DNA of 64,000 nucleotides from Selaginella moellendorffii (GCF_000143415.4 NW_003314286.1:1673718-1737717), one strand, 5' to 3'. Shown: positions 1-12,306, numbered from the stretch's first letter. Program-made: numbers and translations. The notes: generated from the letters alone by a model not told the origin.

Positions 1-381
1 AATAGAAGATATTTATGGTTATGGTGAACATATTAATATAGTCATGCTCATGCTTCTGCCTTGTGTTTATATAATTGCTATAGTTTATGGAAGAAAGGGC
101 AAGCTTATGTTACTCACTTGATTTATATCATAGAATATATATATATTCAGTGTGCATTGACAATGACCATTGGAAACATATGGTATTTACCAAAGACCTC
201 TATACCTCTAGAAAAAAAAAGAAATACATTCTCATTCAAGATTTCGAAGAATTTTGTTATGGGTGTTGTGGTATAACAAATGCACATACATGAAGTTTTT
301 CAACACATAACTTTATCTATTAAATTTTTTCTCCTTGACATTAAGCAAGATTAATTAATTTCCAACACACTTATATATGTG

Positions 382-1380
382 CTAGGTTGACCAAATCTCT
401 TTCCCCAAGTCCGTCATATAAAGCCTGGCATGACCATCGTTCTCCATAGACAGAACATACGAATACTTGGATCCATAACTCGTTTTCGTCTTCCAGCTGA
501 CCCCCTGCGATCCAGTGACCATGAGCACCCCATTCTTCCAGAGAGACAAAACACACGCTTGATCCCTCCCACGGAAAATCCTCCTCACGATCTCCCCGCT
601 GTGACTACTTCTCACCACCAGATCACAGCCGGCCTCCATAGACAGCCTAAACTCCGTGCTCGGAGAGATTAAGCTGTTTCCCTCGGGTAGCGTCGATCCC
701 TGGGGATGACTCCCGCCAACTAGAGAGGTAGAAAAGATCCAGCAATTCCCGACGTCAAGGTCAACTGCCTGGGCGACCGAGTCAACGACTGTGCTGACTT
801 GGTCAACTACCACAGCGTGGACGATACTGCCGCTGCCTGATCCACCTTCTTCAGGCCTATCGCCAGGATTACGGTCGAATGGGGTTTGCTGGAACTCATA
901 CTCAATCCCATAGTAGCCGAGCACTATGTTGACGAGGCCATACCAGTTCTGTGTTGGACCCGGGTCTAGCAGCTCTTGTCGGATGGTTGCAATCATCCGC
1001 TCAACGTTGTCCAGAAGGTCGCTCCCTGGTAGGCTCGCACGACTCGGCGAGACAGAGCAAATACCTGCATTCTCGGTGTAAGGTTGGTTATAGAGCCACA
1101 CTCTCACGCGGACGTAGGCATTGTTTGCGTACTGCACCACGAATCCCACGCTCCTCCCTGCAAAGTAGCCAAATTGGGCTCTAAATCTCATCCCCATGAA
1201 GTTCTCGAGGCGAACCATGAGGTCTTCGACACGCTCCACTGCAAGCAGCGCATAACCAAGCCGAAACCTGAAGATCCCACCAAAACGGTGATCCGCTGGG
1301 GGCTGTCCATAAGAGAGGAGATTTGAGCTCATGAGCAAAACAAGAATTAGAGCTGCAACAATGAACACCATGTTTTTCAT
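382..1380 (-). CDS. Secreted protein: signal peptide + unrecognised N-terminal domain + C-terminal bulb-type (B-type/GNA-like) lectin domain; intronless
   Basis: 332-aa ORF with hydrophobic N-terminus (MKNMVFIVAALILVLLMSS). The C-terminal ~110 aa (GSTLPEGNSLISPSTEFRLSME...CVLSLWKNGVLMV...YVLSMENDGHARLY...IWST) follow the three-repeat B-lectin pattern with degenerate QxDxNxVxY motifs. TATAAATA lies on the - strand at 1418-1425. Confidence 0.75.
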   Translation of the reverse strand: MKNMVFIVAALILVLLMSSNLLSYGQPPADHRFGGIFRFRLGYALLAVERVEDLMVRLENFMGMRFRAQFGYFAGRSVGFVVQYANNAYVRVRVWLYNQPYTENAGICSVSPSRASLPGSDLLDNVERMIATIRQELLDPGPTQNWYGLVNIVLGYYGIEYEFQQTPFDRNPGDRPEEGGSGSGSIVHAVVVDQVSTVVDSVAQAVDLDVGNCWIFSTSLVGGSHPQGSTLPEGNSLISPSTEFRLSMEAGCDLVVRSSHSGEIVRRIFRGRDQACVLSLWKNGVLMVTGSQGVSWKTKTSYGSKYSYVLSMENDGHARLYMTDLGKEIWST

Positions 1381-2863
1381 TCTCGCTCGCTTCTTAGTGC
1401 TGTGAGCAAATATCTCTTATTTATATCAATGTAAGTGATACAAATGTCTTCAGTTAGAACGTAGCTACTTTTTGTTTTTGGCATATTAGCTGAGTGATCA
1501 AGGAGAGATTGTGTAAAAATGTGTTTTAAAATTTTATATTGTGTATTAAAATGTTTAGTTTACTTCGAACTTAAGGAGTTTTGGGGATTTTCGTGTTTTT
1601 ATTGGTCTATCTATTTATTATATATTTATTTTCATATTTTTCCACATATTATTTATGGCAATAAATATGTGATTAGCATTATATATTTACACATGTACTT
1701 TTTTATTTTTTGTTTTGAGTTGTGCAAAAATATTATGCATACTATCACTTTTCAATTGTTATATAAACAATCAAACATGAATGCCTATATAATATTTTTG
1801 TCATGAGGTATGCCATATATGTGTGGGGCATGACACATTAGACTATTACAGAAGATTAATGCCATGTTATTTCAAACAATATTATATTACCACAAATTTA
1901 GCGAGGGTATTTTTTTCTATTCTTGTGTTATTAAACATAGATTTGTGATTTCTGATCATCTTTCTTATCTCATTTCGCTTAATGACTCAATTCTCATGTC
2001 TTGGAGGTGTATTTTAATTGCAATATATGATGGAAAAAATCACATGCAATTGATTGGAGCATAGAGGTAAGAACAAAACATTTCTTTAGGTATTTGGGGC
2101 ATTGAATGTAATGGTTTTTCTGTGAGCAAGTGGATTTTATTATAATTATGATATAATGTTAGTTTTATTGATTTTTTATTATCTTAATCATGCACTAAAA
2201 TTTTTGGTATTGTAATGGTTTGTTTAGGCTTGTTGTGCAAAAGGTTTTTTATTACCTTATCAAGGAGACAGTCTTGAGTACTTAGCAATGGTGAGTTTAG
2301 CTCACAACATCCAAAAGGAATTCAAAATTCAACTCAAAAATGTCATATTTAAAAGCCTTAAGTTTAAATTCTAATGAATCAAAAAATTTGATTAAGAATT
2401 AAATTTTTCGTAATGCAAAAAAATCACATATATTGCACTCATTTGACATTGCCATGCATACATGGTAAGTATTAATGCATGCCTATGTGTAAAACTAAAG
2501 TTGTGTTCAAAATATTATTTTGTGGGCTATATATATGTGTCACAAAAATTTAAGCACATGTGTGATTTTATTTTTCATATATTTTGTAAGCTTTTAAATC
2601 TTTTACCAGACCACCCACCCAAGTACACCTCCTTTCTTGGGAGGTATATATCCCCCTAAACCTGCTATTATAAACTATATGCCATATATTATTATATAAT
2701 GTTTTTGATGTTCTTCTATTCTTTGAGCCTTCTAGGCCCTTATATTTATTCTTATTTACTGTTATGATTTCTAGATAAATAGAAAATATCTAGTTATCAA
2801 ACCAACAGATAATATAGTAGTGTTTAAGCCTATTATATTGTTTTATAAAATTATATCCTCACA

Positions 2864-2974
<111 letters not shown>

Positions 2975-3761
2975 AGTGCTAAAATTCTTAATTAGTATAA
3001 TAACCTTTAACTATATTTCAAAAGGAATATAAACTGTTTACTAATCAAAAAATTGTCTACAAAGGATAAGGCAGAGATTTATGACTTGCTACCTATGGCT
3101 TATCCATGTGTTTCTAGAGAGGCAGCAAATGGCTTCCTAGATTGCCCAGATGCTTGAGATCTGTCCTCTCAAGCTCTAAAACCTAGCTTTTATCCTCGCT
3201 CTCTCTCTGCAAAAGCACATTCCAAGTATATTCTTTACACCCTTAAACCAAATTGAAAAATCACTGCTTAATCAAGGTACAAAATTAGTTTAACTATTAA
3301 ATTTTTATTAATTTTTTGGAAAAAAGAAAATGTAGATTAATATTAAGGTTAAGATTAAGGTTAAGATGGTATTTCTTTTTAAAGATTTTTCAAATGTTAA
3401 CAATTTTCTTAAAGGTTTGAAATGAAAATTGGTTTTTGCTGCTAATGTGACTGGGGTGGTAGAGAATCTAAACCTAGATTATGCTTGAATATTCTAGAAT
3501 ATTCTACCTTCTTATTCATTTATATTAATCTTGTATTTATAATTTATAAATATGTTTATAATTTATAAACTTTCCTAAACGCTTTTTAGTATATTCTAGT
3601 TTATTCTACCATCTAATGGTTGATATGCAATAAGATTAATCTTATATTTATTAATTATAAACATGTTTATAATTAAACTTCAATTTGATTGATTAAATTA
3701 ATAAATAAGAATAACACTAAGAAAACAAGTGCTAATAGCATAAAAAAATCCTTAGTACTCT

Positions 3762-3834
3762 TGGTCCCGCTGAGTTTCGAACTCAGGATCTTTTGCGTGT
3801 AAAGCAAACGTGTTAACCACTTCACTACAGGACC
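3762..3834 (-). tRNA. tRNA-Val(TAC)
   Basis: 73 nt GGTCCTGTAGTGAAGTGGTTAACACGTTTGCTTTACACGCAAAAGATCCTGAGTTCGAAACTCAGCGGGACCA. It has a 7-bp acceptor stem, anticodon arm TTTGC-TTTACAC-GCAAA, T arm CTGAG-TTCGAAA-CTCAG, and an oligo-T terminator (A7 on +) at about 3742-3748. Confidence 0.93.
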
Positions 3835-3939
3835 CATCCAATGAGAGAGAGAGCAGCAAAATTTCCCTCCGCCAAAAAGCCCACTCAAGTGTGCAGCTAC
3901 AAAAGTAAAAGCTCATAAAAGTATGTTTTGACTTTGAGG

Positions 3940-4012
3940 TGGTTCCACTGAGTCTCGAACTCAGGACCTTTTGCGTGTGAAGCAAACGTGATAGCCACTA
4001 CACTATGGAACC
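3940..4012 (-). tRNA. tRNA-Val(CAC)
   Basis: 73 nt GGTTCCATAGTGTAGTGGCTATCACGTTTGCTTCACACGCAAAAGGTCCTGAGTTCGAGACTCAGTGGAACCA; complete cloverleaf, anticodon CAC. Confidence 0.95.
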
Positions 4013-4143
4013 TAGTTGACACCCAACTGAAATATTCCTTTCTGCGACGTGAAATCCCAGCACTGGACGGCCAAATCTCTTCTTAATTCCATTTAGAGAG
4101 ATTTAGTTTGGGAAAATCTTGCGTGAGGGTTGTGTCATCATCT

Positions 4144-4216
4144 GGTTCTATAGTGTAGTGGTTATCACATTTGCTTAACACGCAAAAGGTCCTGAGATCG
4201 ATGCTCAGTGGAACCA
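4144..4216 (+). tRNA. tRNA-Val(AAC), with A instead of T at T-loop position 54
   Basis: 73 nt GGTTCTATAGTGTAGTGGTTATCACATTTGCTTAACACGCAAAAGGTCCTGAGATCGATGCTCAGTGGAACCA; cloverleaf, anticodon AAC, T-run terminator at about 4235-4242. Confidence 0.9.
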
Positions 4217-4278
4217 AATCCCCAGTTGCTCAAATTTTTTTTCTTTCCTCGTTACGCCACCGCACCACTTCACCGCCA

Positions 4279-5540
4279 ATGGATTTGGACTACGTGAAGG
4301 TCGGCGATGGAAGATTGGTAGCGTTTCGGGAGCTGGGCTGCCCGCGCGAGGCGGCGTCGCGATCGCTCCTGGTTCTCCACGGGCTTGGATCGTCCCGGAT
4401 CGCGGCGATTCCTGGTAGGATTTCTCCTCTCTTTTTACCTCTTGTTGAGCTCCAAGAAGAACCAAGAATGTAGGTGTTCGCCAGGAGCTCCTGGAGGAAT
4501 TTGGCGTGCGGCTGGTCGCGATTGACAGGGCAGGATATGGCAAGAGCGATCCCGACCCCAACCAGACCCTGCGCTCGTCGGCGGTGGATTTGGAGGCCAT
4601 CATCGACAAGCTGGAGCTGGGGCGCAGGGTGTGGCTCCTCGGATACTCGGGTGGCGCTGGCTACTGCTGGGCTGCCGCGCGGTACATTCCTCACAAGATC
4701 CACGGCATTGCTCTCTGGGCGCCCGTTGGAAACTACTGGTGGAAGGTAAGCAAACTCTTTCCTTGAAAAGGATCACTCTCTCGTGTTCTTGTGATCTTTC
4801 CACTTCGAGCAGGGAATTTCGGATGCTCAGCGCAAGTCCATGATCTCGGCTCTCACGCCAAACACCAAGCTTCTCTTCTCGTATATGAAATATGTTCCAC
4901 CTTCGATCCTCCGGCTCTATGCGCGATTTGTGCTCGCTCGCCGAGCGGGGCAGCGATGGGTGGATCACTGCAAGGCGACGCTTTCTCCCCCGGATCAAAA
5001 GCACCTCGCGCAGCACGAATTCGCCGGACTCCTGCTCAAGTAAGTCACTCGCTAGATTCTTGTCTCTCGCTCGCGCCAACTTTGCGGAAGCAGGGACAAC
5101 CTTGAGTCGATCACTTTCAACCAAGGCGCTGGGCTGGCCAAGGACTTGGAGCTGCTTTGCTCCTGCGACTGGGGATTCGAGCTTGACGAGGTTGGGCGGT
5201 GCTTCGAGGGGCCGATCCACATCTGGCAGGGAAGCGACGACCGGCTGGTGTCGCTGGAGCTGCAGCGCTGGATCAAGTCGACGCTGCCGCAGACGGTGGA
5301 GCTCCATGAACTCGACGGCNNNNNNNNNNNNNNNNNNNNNNNNNNNNNNNNNNNNNNNNNNNNNNNNNNNNNNNNNNNNNNNNNNNNNNNNNNNNNNNNN
5401 NNNNNNNNNNNNNNNNNNNGTTTTGCTTCAACGACGACTCGCATCGCCGTGTGTTTGAGATGCTCTTCGCCCAATCCCCTGCGTCGGAGATGTCATATCG
5501 ATCAAGCGATCGCTCCTATTCTACGAGAAGAGAAAACTAG
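4279..5540 (+). CDS. Alpha/beta-fold hydrolase (at least 4 exons, assembly gap at 5320-5419)
   Basis: Spliced protein MDLDYVKVGDGRLVAFRELG...LHGLGSSR...AIDRAGYGKSD...LLGYSGGA (GxSxG nucleophile)...IWQGSDDRLV...; GT-AG introns at about 4415-4473, 4746-4812 and 5040-5093. Confidence 0.9.
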
Positions 5541-5630
5541 AGAACGCGAACCTGGTTTAAGCAAGCTCGCCATCGACCGTTTTCGCTTGATTGTAAACGA
5601 GCTAACGAACACTTATCGCAACTTGAGTTT

Positions 5631-8600
5631 TCATCCAAATCTGCCATTGTTGAAAACGTCAGGCGGTCTATACGGCCGAGGCCCAGCCACAGCTCTTGTC
5701 GTCGTCGAAATGGTGGTGGTGTTCACAGGAGCCGGGCGTGGAGTAGCAGCATAGTATCCAGTCCCAGGATAGCTTGTCGATGGCAGCGACCGTGAAATCC
5801 CAAACCTTTCCAGTCCAGACGTGGCACAGGAGACCTGCTGGTTGCTAATAGCTGGAGAGAATTGCTGCTGCTGGCTGCTGCTAATAACCGGAACGCATTG
5901 CTGCTGGCTGCTGCTAATGATCGAACAGGATTGCTGCTGGCTGCTGCTAATGACTGGAGAGAATTGCTGCTGGCTGCTAGCGGTGAGAAAGTGCTGGCTG
6001 CTAACCGGAGGACTGTCACAGCTGAGGGAGATGGTCTGGAACAGATCTGACGGCAAAAGATCGCTTGCAGACGGATACACAGTCGGACTCTTGCATGACG
6101 AGGAAACTTGCGATGAACTTGTAGTAGCTGCTGTGGAAGACTCCACCTTGATCACCTGGCGGATTGGCATCGCGCATACCGGGCACGAACTCCTGGAGTA
6201 TGCACAGGAGAGACAGCAGCACATATGCGAACAATCCAGAAACACCTGCAATACATTTGCATACCCATTAGATAAAACGTAGAAAAACGAAGACAACCCT
6301 TACTGTGCTGGCATTCCGACTCGAGCAGACGACGCAGCTTGATCGCGCAAGAGAATTTTCTCGTTGGCTCCCAATAGCTCCCAGGCTACTACCACCTGTG
6401 GGAGGAGTTCCTGTTCTAGAGACTGGTTGATCTATCGCTGATGCTACTCGACAAGATGTATTCGCTAGTGCTAATGCCTGGCGAACGTGAGGAGGCGCAT
6501 ACGTACCGGGCTTCACCGTTGGAAGAGAAGGAAGCGGTAGAAGCGGCTCATCAGTACGATGACTAAAATTCTCGGCTTGGTATGTTTTCATAGATGGTGA
6601 AGGAACTCTGGGCTGAACCGCAACTCCCTGACAAGGCGAAGGTGAAGAAGAATCGGAAGTTACGCTCTCGGCCTGTTCCTGCTCCTCATAATCCCCGTCC
6701 ACGTCCATAGAAACTGCACATACTGAGTCTTCTGAAAGACCCTGGCTGATCCGTGGTGATGTCTCATCGTCTGTTGCTTCTGACTCAAACAAGGACCATC
6801 TCATGCCTTCCACACCGTCGTATAGGCTCTCGAACTTTCTGGAGTAAACTCTTGATTTGAGAACTTGAAGACGATCCTCCAAAGAGCTGAAACACACGCA
6901 TACGCCATGAGTAATATCGAAATAGAAAAACCTATCAAGGTCCAGACCTTTGAGTCAAAGTTGCCAATCCAAATACCAAAACCTTACAGCCATGATGCGT
7001 ATCAGTAATCTCGGAAGCGCTGTCAAGAGAATCTAAAAGTTCGTCAATGATTAATAGACGGCTGCTCTCGTCAACTGCGATAGAAAATGTTAGAGACATT
7101 CAATGCTACAAGTCACATACCGCAACGAGTAGCTAGGCACGCTTGAACTAATTTCCATGATATAGAATCCATTAACATATCAGGGTATTTTCCTTCCAGA
7201 TTCTTGATTAGTTCTTCTGCTACTTCTTTAACTTCTACGCTGTTCAACACATCAAACAAGGTTAGCATCACAGACGAACGATGCGATGCATACTGAACAT
7301 ACCTTAATATGCCTTGAAGGATTCTATGACCATTTTCTAAACCTGTAAGTTTTTTAGCATGACGGGCTACAATCACAGCCGCTTTCATTGATCGATCGTC
7401 GGGTAATGACCACCGAATAATTTCAACAAGGAGTGGTCCAGTTACCTGCCAAAAGATGTGAACCCGCAGGTATCCAGCAAACGAGATCGTACCGGATGGA
7501 CTCCAATGTTTAAAATATCAGCATTCGTTGTCATCTCGATAGCTAAATGCGCTAAACTTTTCACAGCTTCATCTTCAGGAAAACGAGGTTGTGGACCAGG
7601 ACACCTAAGCGATGATATCAATCTCTCAGCCTGGAACATAAGTTGAGCAAGTAGAAATGTCGATAATAGTATACAGTCTATACTGACCAACCATTGGATG
7701 ACATATGCTCCAGATTGGTGTAGAGACATAGCCGCCTACAACTTGGAGTTAAGGTCAAGATCGGGGACCACTGTTCCACTTACCACTGATCCAGTGATGC
7801 CCTTCATTACTAACCTAAGCTCTTCAGAACCTTGCACTAACGAAAGCTGGAAGAGAGTCAGGCCAAGGAAACATTAAGAACAAAACATACCATTTTCTGT
7901 ACAGAGAAAGTCCCACGGGGATCATGAGCAGCTTTAACAAATCCATTCTTCCGGCATAGCGACCGAACAAGTGCAGTAAAAAATGATTCTCCATTTGTCG
8001 CGTCGTCACGAAATGCTGCTGCATAATCTAGCATGCCCTGAAGCACATAATTTGCTGATCCTGGATACCAAAAACGAAGTGAGATTTCCATAAGAGCAGC
8101 AAAAGAAACAAACCATGCAGTGCTAGCCTCAAAGCAAAAGGAGTAAGCACATCCCGACAAGTCTTTGCCACTTTATGCCGTTTAGAATAGTCTTCCCGCA
8201 GCATAAAAACTAGATTGATAGCTCTCTGGGCATCGTTCGTTGGTTAGCAGCATGCACAAAGAAAGGAGAAATCAGAAGAGCTCTCACCTTATCAAACGCC
8301 ATAGCATGGATGTCTGCGTCTGGCCGGAGAGGAGGTATCACATACCCAGGAGGAACTTCGGCAACTTTAAACACCATCTTCAGCCCACCAGTCGCGGCTC
8401 GGCAAGGAATGTAGTCATTTCCTCTGCCGATCGACATGTTTCCCCTCCTCCCAAAAATATTTTCTTCGGGTAAAGGTCTACACTCTACCTTTGTTGGAAA
8501 ATTTACTGTTTCATTCTTTGTTGGTGGAGCGTCGAGGTACCCTTCGATCGTTTGCCGGCAAAATGGACACTTAACACCCTTATCAGCCTGCCAAGGAAGA

Positions 8601-8771
8601 ACTTTAGCAAGGAACCACAAGCCAAGCGCCAAGGAAACAACGAACCTTATATACATTTGCTATTCGAATCCTTTGTACGCAGTCCTTGCAAGCCCGATGC
8701 GAGCAGGGACTGAAATACACATCGCATTTGGCCGCGTCGCAGATTACGCAGCACGAATCCTCCTGCGCCAT
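5631..8771 (-). CDS. Multi-exon protein with N-terminal C3HC4 RING, central Pumilio/Nop9-like helical repeats and C-terminal C3HC4 RING (putative RNA-binding E3 ligase)
   Basis: N-terminal CVICDAAKCDVYFSPCSHRACKDC...KCPFCRQTI. Repeat motifs GSANYVLQ, RGTFSVQK, SGAYVIQ, NGHRILQ, SISWKLVQ. C-terminal CVVCSSRNAST|VFLDCSHMCCCLSCAYSRSSCPVCAMPI. Exon boundaries are approximate. Confidence 0.7.
5836..6004 (-). repeat. ~33-bp coding tandem repeat (ISSSQQQxxPV) in the RING protein tail
   Basis: About 5 units of ...ctgctggctgctgctaat... are visible. Confidence 0.85.
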
Positions 8772-9005
8772 CGCCCCGGCGATTCCCACAGCCAGAAATG
8801 CCCCGCCTGCCAAAGCCGCGGCGAAAGCCCTCGCCTTGGATCGATTGATCGATTGATCAAGGGAAGGCAAGAAACTGACCTCGGCAGCTCCAAAATCTCG
8901 CCAGCGCCGCCGATCCAGGCGACCGACGGGAAGAATGGAACTCAAAAATCGAGGCGCTCGCTCTTCGCCCGGCCCAGAAATATGCGTGAGGGGTTTTAGG
9001 GGTGA

Positions 9006-9015
9006 CGCGCCAAAA
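9006..9015 (-). promoter_or_regulatory. E2F-like site (TTTTGGCGCG) upstream of the RING-PUF-RING gene
   Basis: Matches the TTTSSCGS consensus about 235 bp upstream of the ATG; motif match only. Confidence 0.35.
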
Positions 9016-9105
9016 GACTGTGGAGTACGGCCACTACGGTACGACAGTGATACACAACGGTCATGGGTTCGATTCCATTCCTAAAATCATGCCATAGACG
9101 ACTCA

Positions 9106-10696
9106 TCATCTCAATCTCCGGTTTAGTAGCTTCCACGCTCTCAAGGCCGAGTGCTTGAGCGACGCCGCGAGGCTGCGTTTCTTCGTGGACTCTCGATCCA
9201 AGGTCTTGTATGCTGCTGCTAGGATGAAGATCGCGGGGTTTAATCTGGAAGATCCGAAGGAGTGAGGATCCGGAAGAACAACAAAGCTAGCCATCGCTTA
9301 CTTCGAAGGCGAAGGGATTTTCCTCTTGGGCTTAAACGTCTCGATGTACCAGCCGCCGATGTTGTGAGTGAGTGATCTGGGCTGGAACAACCAGTATCTA
9401 AAACATTCCTTTCGTCGGTCATTCCTTCCTCTGGAAAAACAAGAAAAGGAAGAAAAAAGAAAACGTGTGATTCACCTGCTAGGCAACAGCCACGCTCGCC
9501 TACACCGGCAATCACAGTGCATTCTCTCGTCTCCAATTCTATACCAGTGAAGATGCCTCACCTGTAAGTCTGGTCAGGTCATGCCGCTTTCATAGAGAAA
9601 CTAAACTCCAACTAGAAATTCAAGTCCTCGTGTACGTACCATGGGTGTCCTGTGCTGTAAAACAGTGTGAGTAACGACGCCCTCTCGGTCGAAAACAACG
9701 CCTTGGAGCCCCGCGTCCATGGCGGCCAGTCCCTGTATTCTTCCCAGGAGCTCGCCACCACCGGCGTCATCGTCCGAGTAAACCGAGATAGAGTCGACGA
9801 TAAAAGGCTCTTCCCGGATGTCTCCAGCGTACAAGGGCCTTCTTAGCGCGTAAGCTGCGACTCTTCCGTTGATCTTGAGCTCTAGCTTGTCATAAGCTGC
9901 TGCGTCGACCATCCGCCATAGCTTTTGCTCGTCGTCCCACGCTTGTCTCTCCCTGGGGAAGTTTTTAAGCTGGACCCGCGACACCGAGACGGTGGCGAAG
10001 AGAAACCGGCCGTAAACGAGCTGGAGTATGTCACCGACGAGAGTGCTGGCCCTTTCCTCGGCCTCGAAAGCATCCGGTATACCGCGGAGACCTCGACACT
10101 CTGGGCCATGGTAGATGTTTTTCAGCGCTGCCGCCAAGTCCGTGAGGAATGCCTGGTAGAGGTTGGTGGTGTGTCCCAGCTCCGGCCTTTGATGGACAAT
10201 CCTGGTAACTTTGGATCGGTACTTCCTCAACCATTCCACCACCTCCGAGTCATCAGCAGCGTCTGCGTAGGAAAAGCCACAGTTGGAGCTCTCCCAGTTT
10301 CTAGACGGCTTTGCTTTTCTTGAGGGCGGTGCTTGGGATGAAGACGATGGTGATGACACTGATCCAAACGATGAAAAAAACTCGCTGTCATAGATGGCAC
10401 GCTTATGTGGGTCGGACAAGATCTGTGCAAGGAAGACAGTAAGCTCCACTCGAAAGAATGTAATCCCTTGCAGCCTACAAGCACCCCAAGCTACGCTAAG
10501 CTCACGAATAGCAAAACTAAAGCCAGACCTGGTACGCAGCTAGAACGCGGATGAAGCGGGCAGCGCTGTCTCCCCCGCCGCCAGCGCCTTGCAAATCCGG
10601 ATGCGTCGCCTTGGCCAGCTGCTGGAACGCCTTCTTGATGTCGGCATTGGAGCAGTCACGCTGAAGCCCTAGGACCTGGTAGGCACTCTCCACCAT
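9106..10696 (-). CDS. DnaJ (J-domain) protein
   Basis: MVESAYQVLGLQRDCSNADIKKAFQQLAKATHPD...ARFIRVLAAYQ|ILSDPHKRAIYD; HPD motif; several GT-AG introns. Confidence 0.88.
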
Positions 10697-10848
10697 CAGT
10701 TTGACGAAGCCCAAAAGTTTAGAAAACGGCCAAAGGAAAAATGTAGCTACTGAAATTTTGGTCTGCCAATCGACATCACTGTTCACATGAACCCCCACGT
10801 TAAGAATCGCAGAGAAAAAAAAAAAAGAACGAAAGAAAGAGCGAACTC

Positions 10849-12306
10849 CTATGGCGCGGAGCTACGATCCGGTTGAGCTATCAGTTGCTGGAGCGTCATC
10901 TCGTGGCAGAGTTGGAACGAATCGCCGGACCAAATGGACTTCGCCAAGAACTCGTTGGCACGGTCAGTCGGATGAAACTCGTCCCACCATACGTGGGTGC
11001 TTGCGTTGTGACAGGCCATTTCTGGGAGCAAGCACATCAGCCACCCTCCGAATCGTCCCATACCACAGCACGCGACGGTTGCAGTCTGGAAACCTGAGAT
11101 TTGCTAAGGTGATCAGATTTTCACAAGCAAGAATTTTAGAATGGTGCATACGTACCAAAGCTCGAAGGATTCTGGACGATCGGGAACAAACCGTCGTATA
11201 TGTCGCAGTAGATAACGTCCAGATCTGTGTGGCTTTCATACATCTTCTCCACTTCGACTCGTAAAGCGTTGTTGTATTCCTCCACCATGAAGTTGATCTC
11301 GGAGATACAGCTACCCGTTTTGCTGCCGTCTTCGTATAGAAAGTAAGGTGTGCATCCGAGAGGACCAATACCCACGACGACCATTTTACGAACGCCGACA
11401 TCATACAAGATCTGGAGAGAACGCGTCAGCAAAGCATAAACGCTGTCTAGACCAGTACCTTGAGCTGTGAAACCAGCGTTGCTACGAGCAAGTTGTTGAA
11501 GTCCAGTGGCGAGATGTCAGATTCTACACCGGAGACGTTCCTCAAGTAGTAGTGAATGAAGTCGTTGCTTCCGATGGAGATGTAGTGCAGAGATCTGGAC
11601 ATCAACTTGCGAGCAGCTTCTCGTCCGTGATTAAACACCAGTTGGTCTTTGAAATCAGACACTTGCTGGATCTGTTCGACCAGAGGAATGTGTTGGCCCT
11701 GTATGGTAAAACACCCGAAGCCTCAATGACTTGTATTCGAAGAACAAAGAGAAAGAAAAATTACCAGGTCGCCACCACTTTCACTGAGAATTCCAGCCCC
11801 AGCAGAAGCGAAGTTGGCACCGTGTCGCATGGTAGTGATGTTAAGTCCGCTCAGGAAAGGAGCCGGGAAAGGAAGCCCGATGAACTTTGCTGGAAAAAAA
11901 AAACACAAAAAAACCAGGCTATCAGATAATGCTTAAACCAAACGTTACCAAGGTAGTCGATGCTCAAGCGGCCATTGCTAAATCGTCCAGTTGGCTCGTG
12001 AGTGTCGAAATCCTTGCCATACGGAGGAATATCGGCTCTGGCCAGCGTCCTGAGGAAATTGTTGTTGCCGACATCGACAGTGGAGTCGCCGTAGACGAAA
12101 TACGCTGGAACGAGCGGTACTGCGGCATTCTCCTGAACCAGCGGCTGATCTTGAGCACGAAAGAGCTGCGCGAGTGCAAGAATGCAAGCTAGTGCGAGAA
12201 ATCGAGCTGCATTTTCAGGAATTTGCCTCAGATATCCAAGAAACCGCCACGGCGCATAGCAAAACCAGAATCTTGAGCGATCGCACGAACCTGGGCCTGG
12301 CGCCAT
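10849..12306 (-). CDS. GDSL esterase/lipase
   Basis: [46 protein letters not shown] blocks; signal-anchor-like N-terminus; 5 exons. Confidence 0.95.

Noticed and set aside
5320-5419. N runs (also 41169-41268 and 45766-46641) and the poly-X ORFs spanning them
   Set aside because: Assembly gaps, not biology
5821-6282. Antisense ORF with repeated CCWLLL units that looks like a Cys-rich membrane peptide
   Set aside because: It is the reverse complement of the SSSQQQ coding repeat
9055-9082. GGGTTCGATTCC B-box/T-loop-like motif
   Set aside because: No acceptor stem, D arm or anticodon arm can be folded around it
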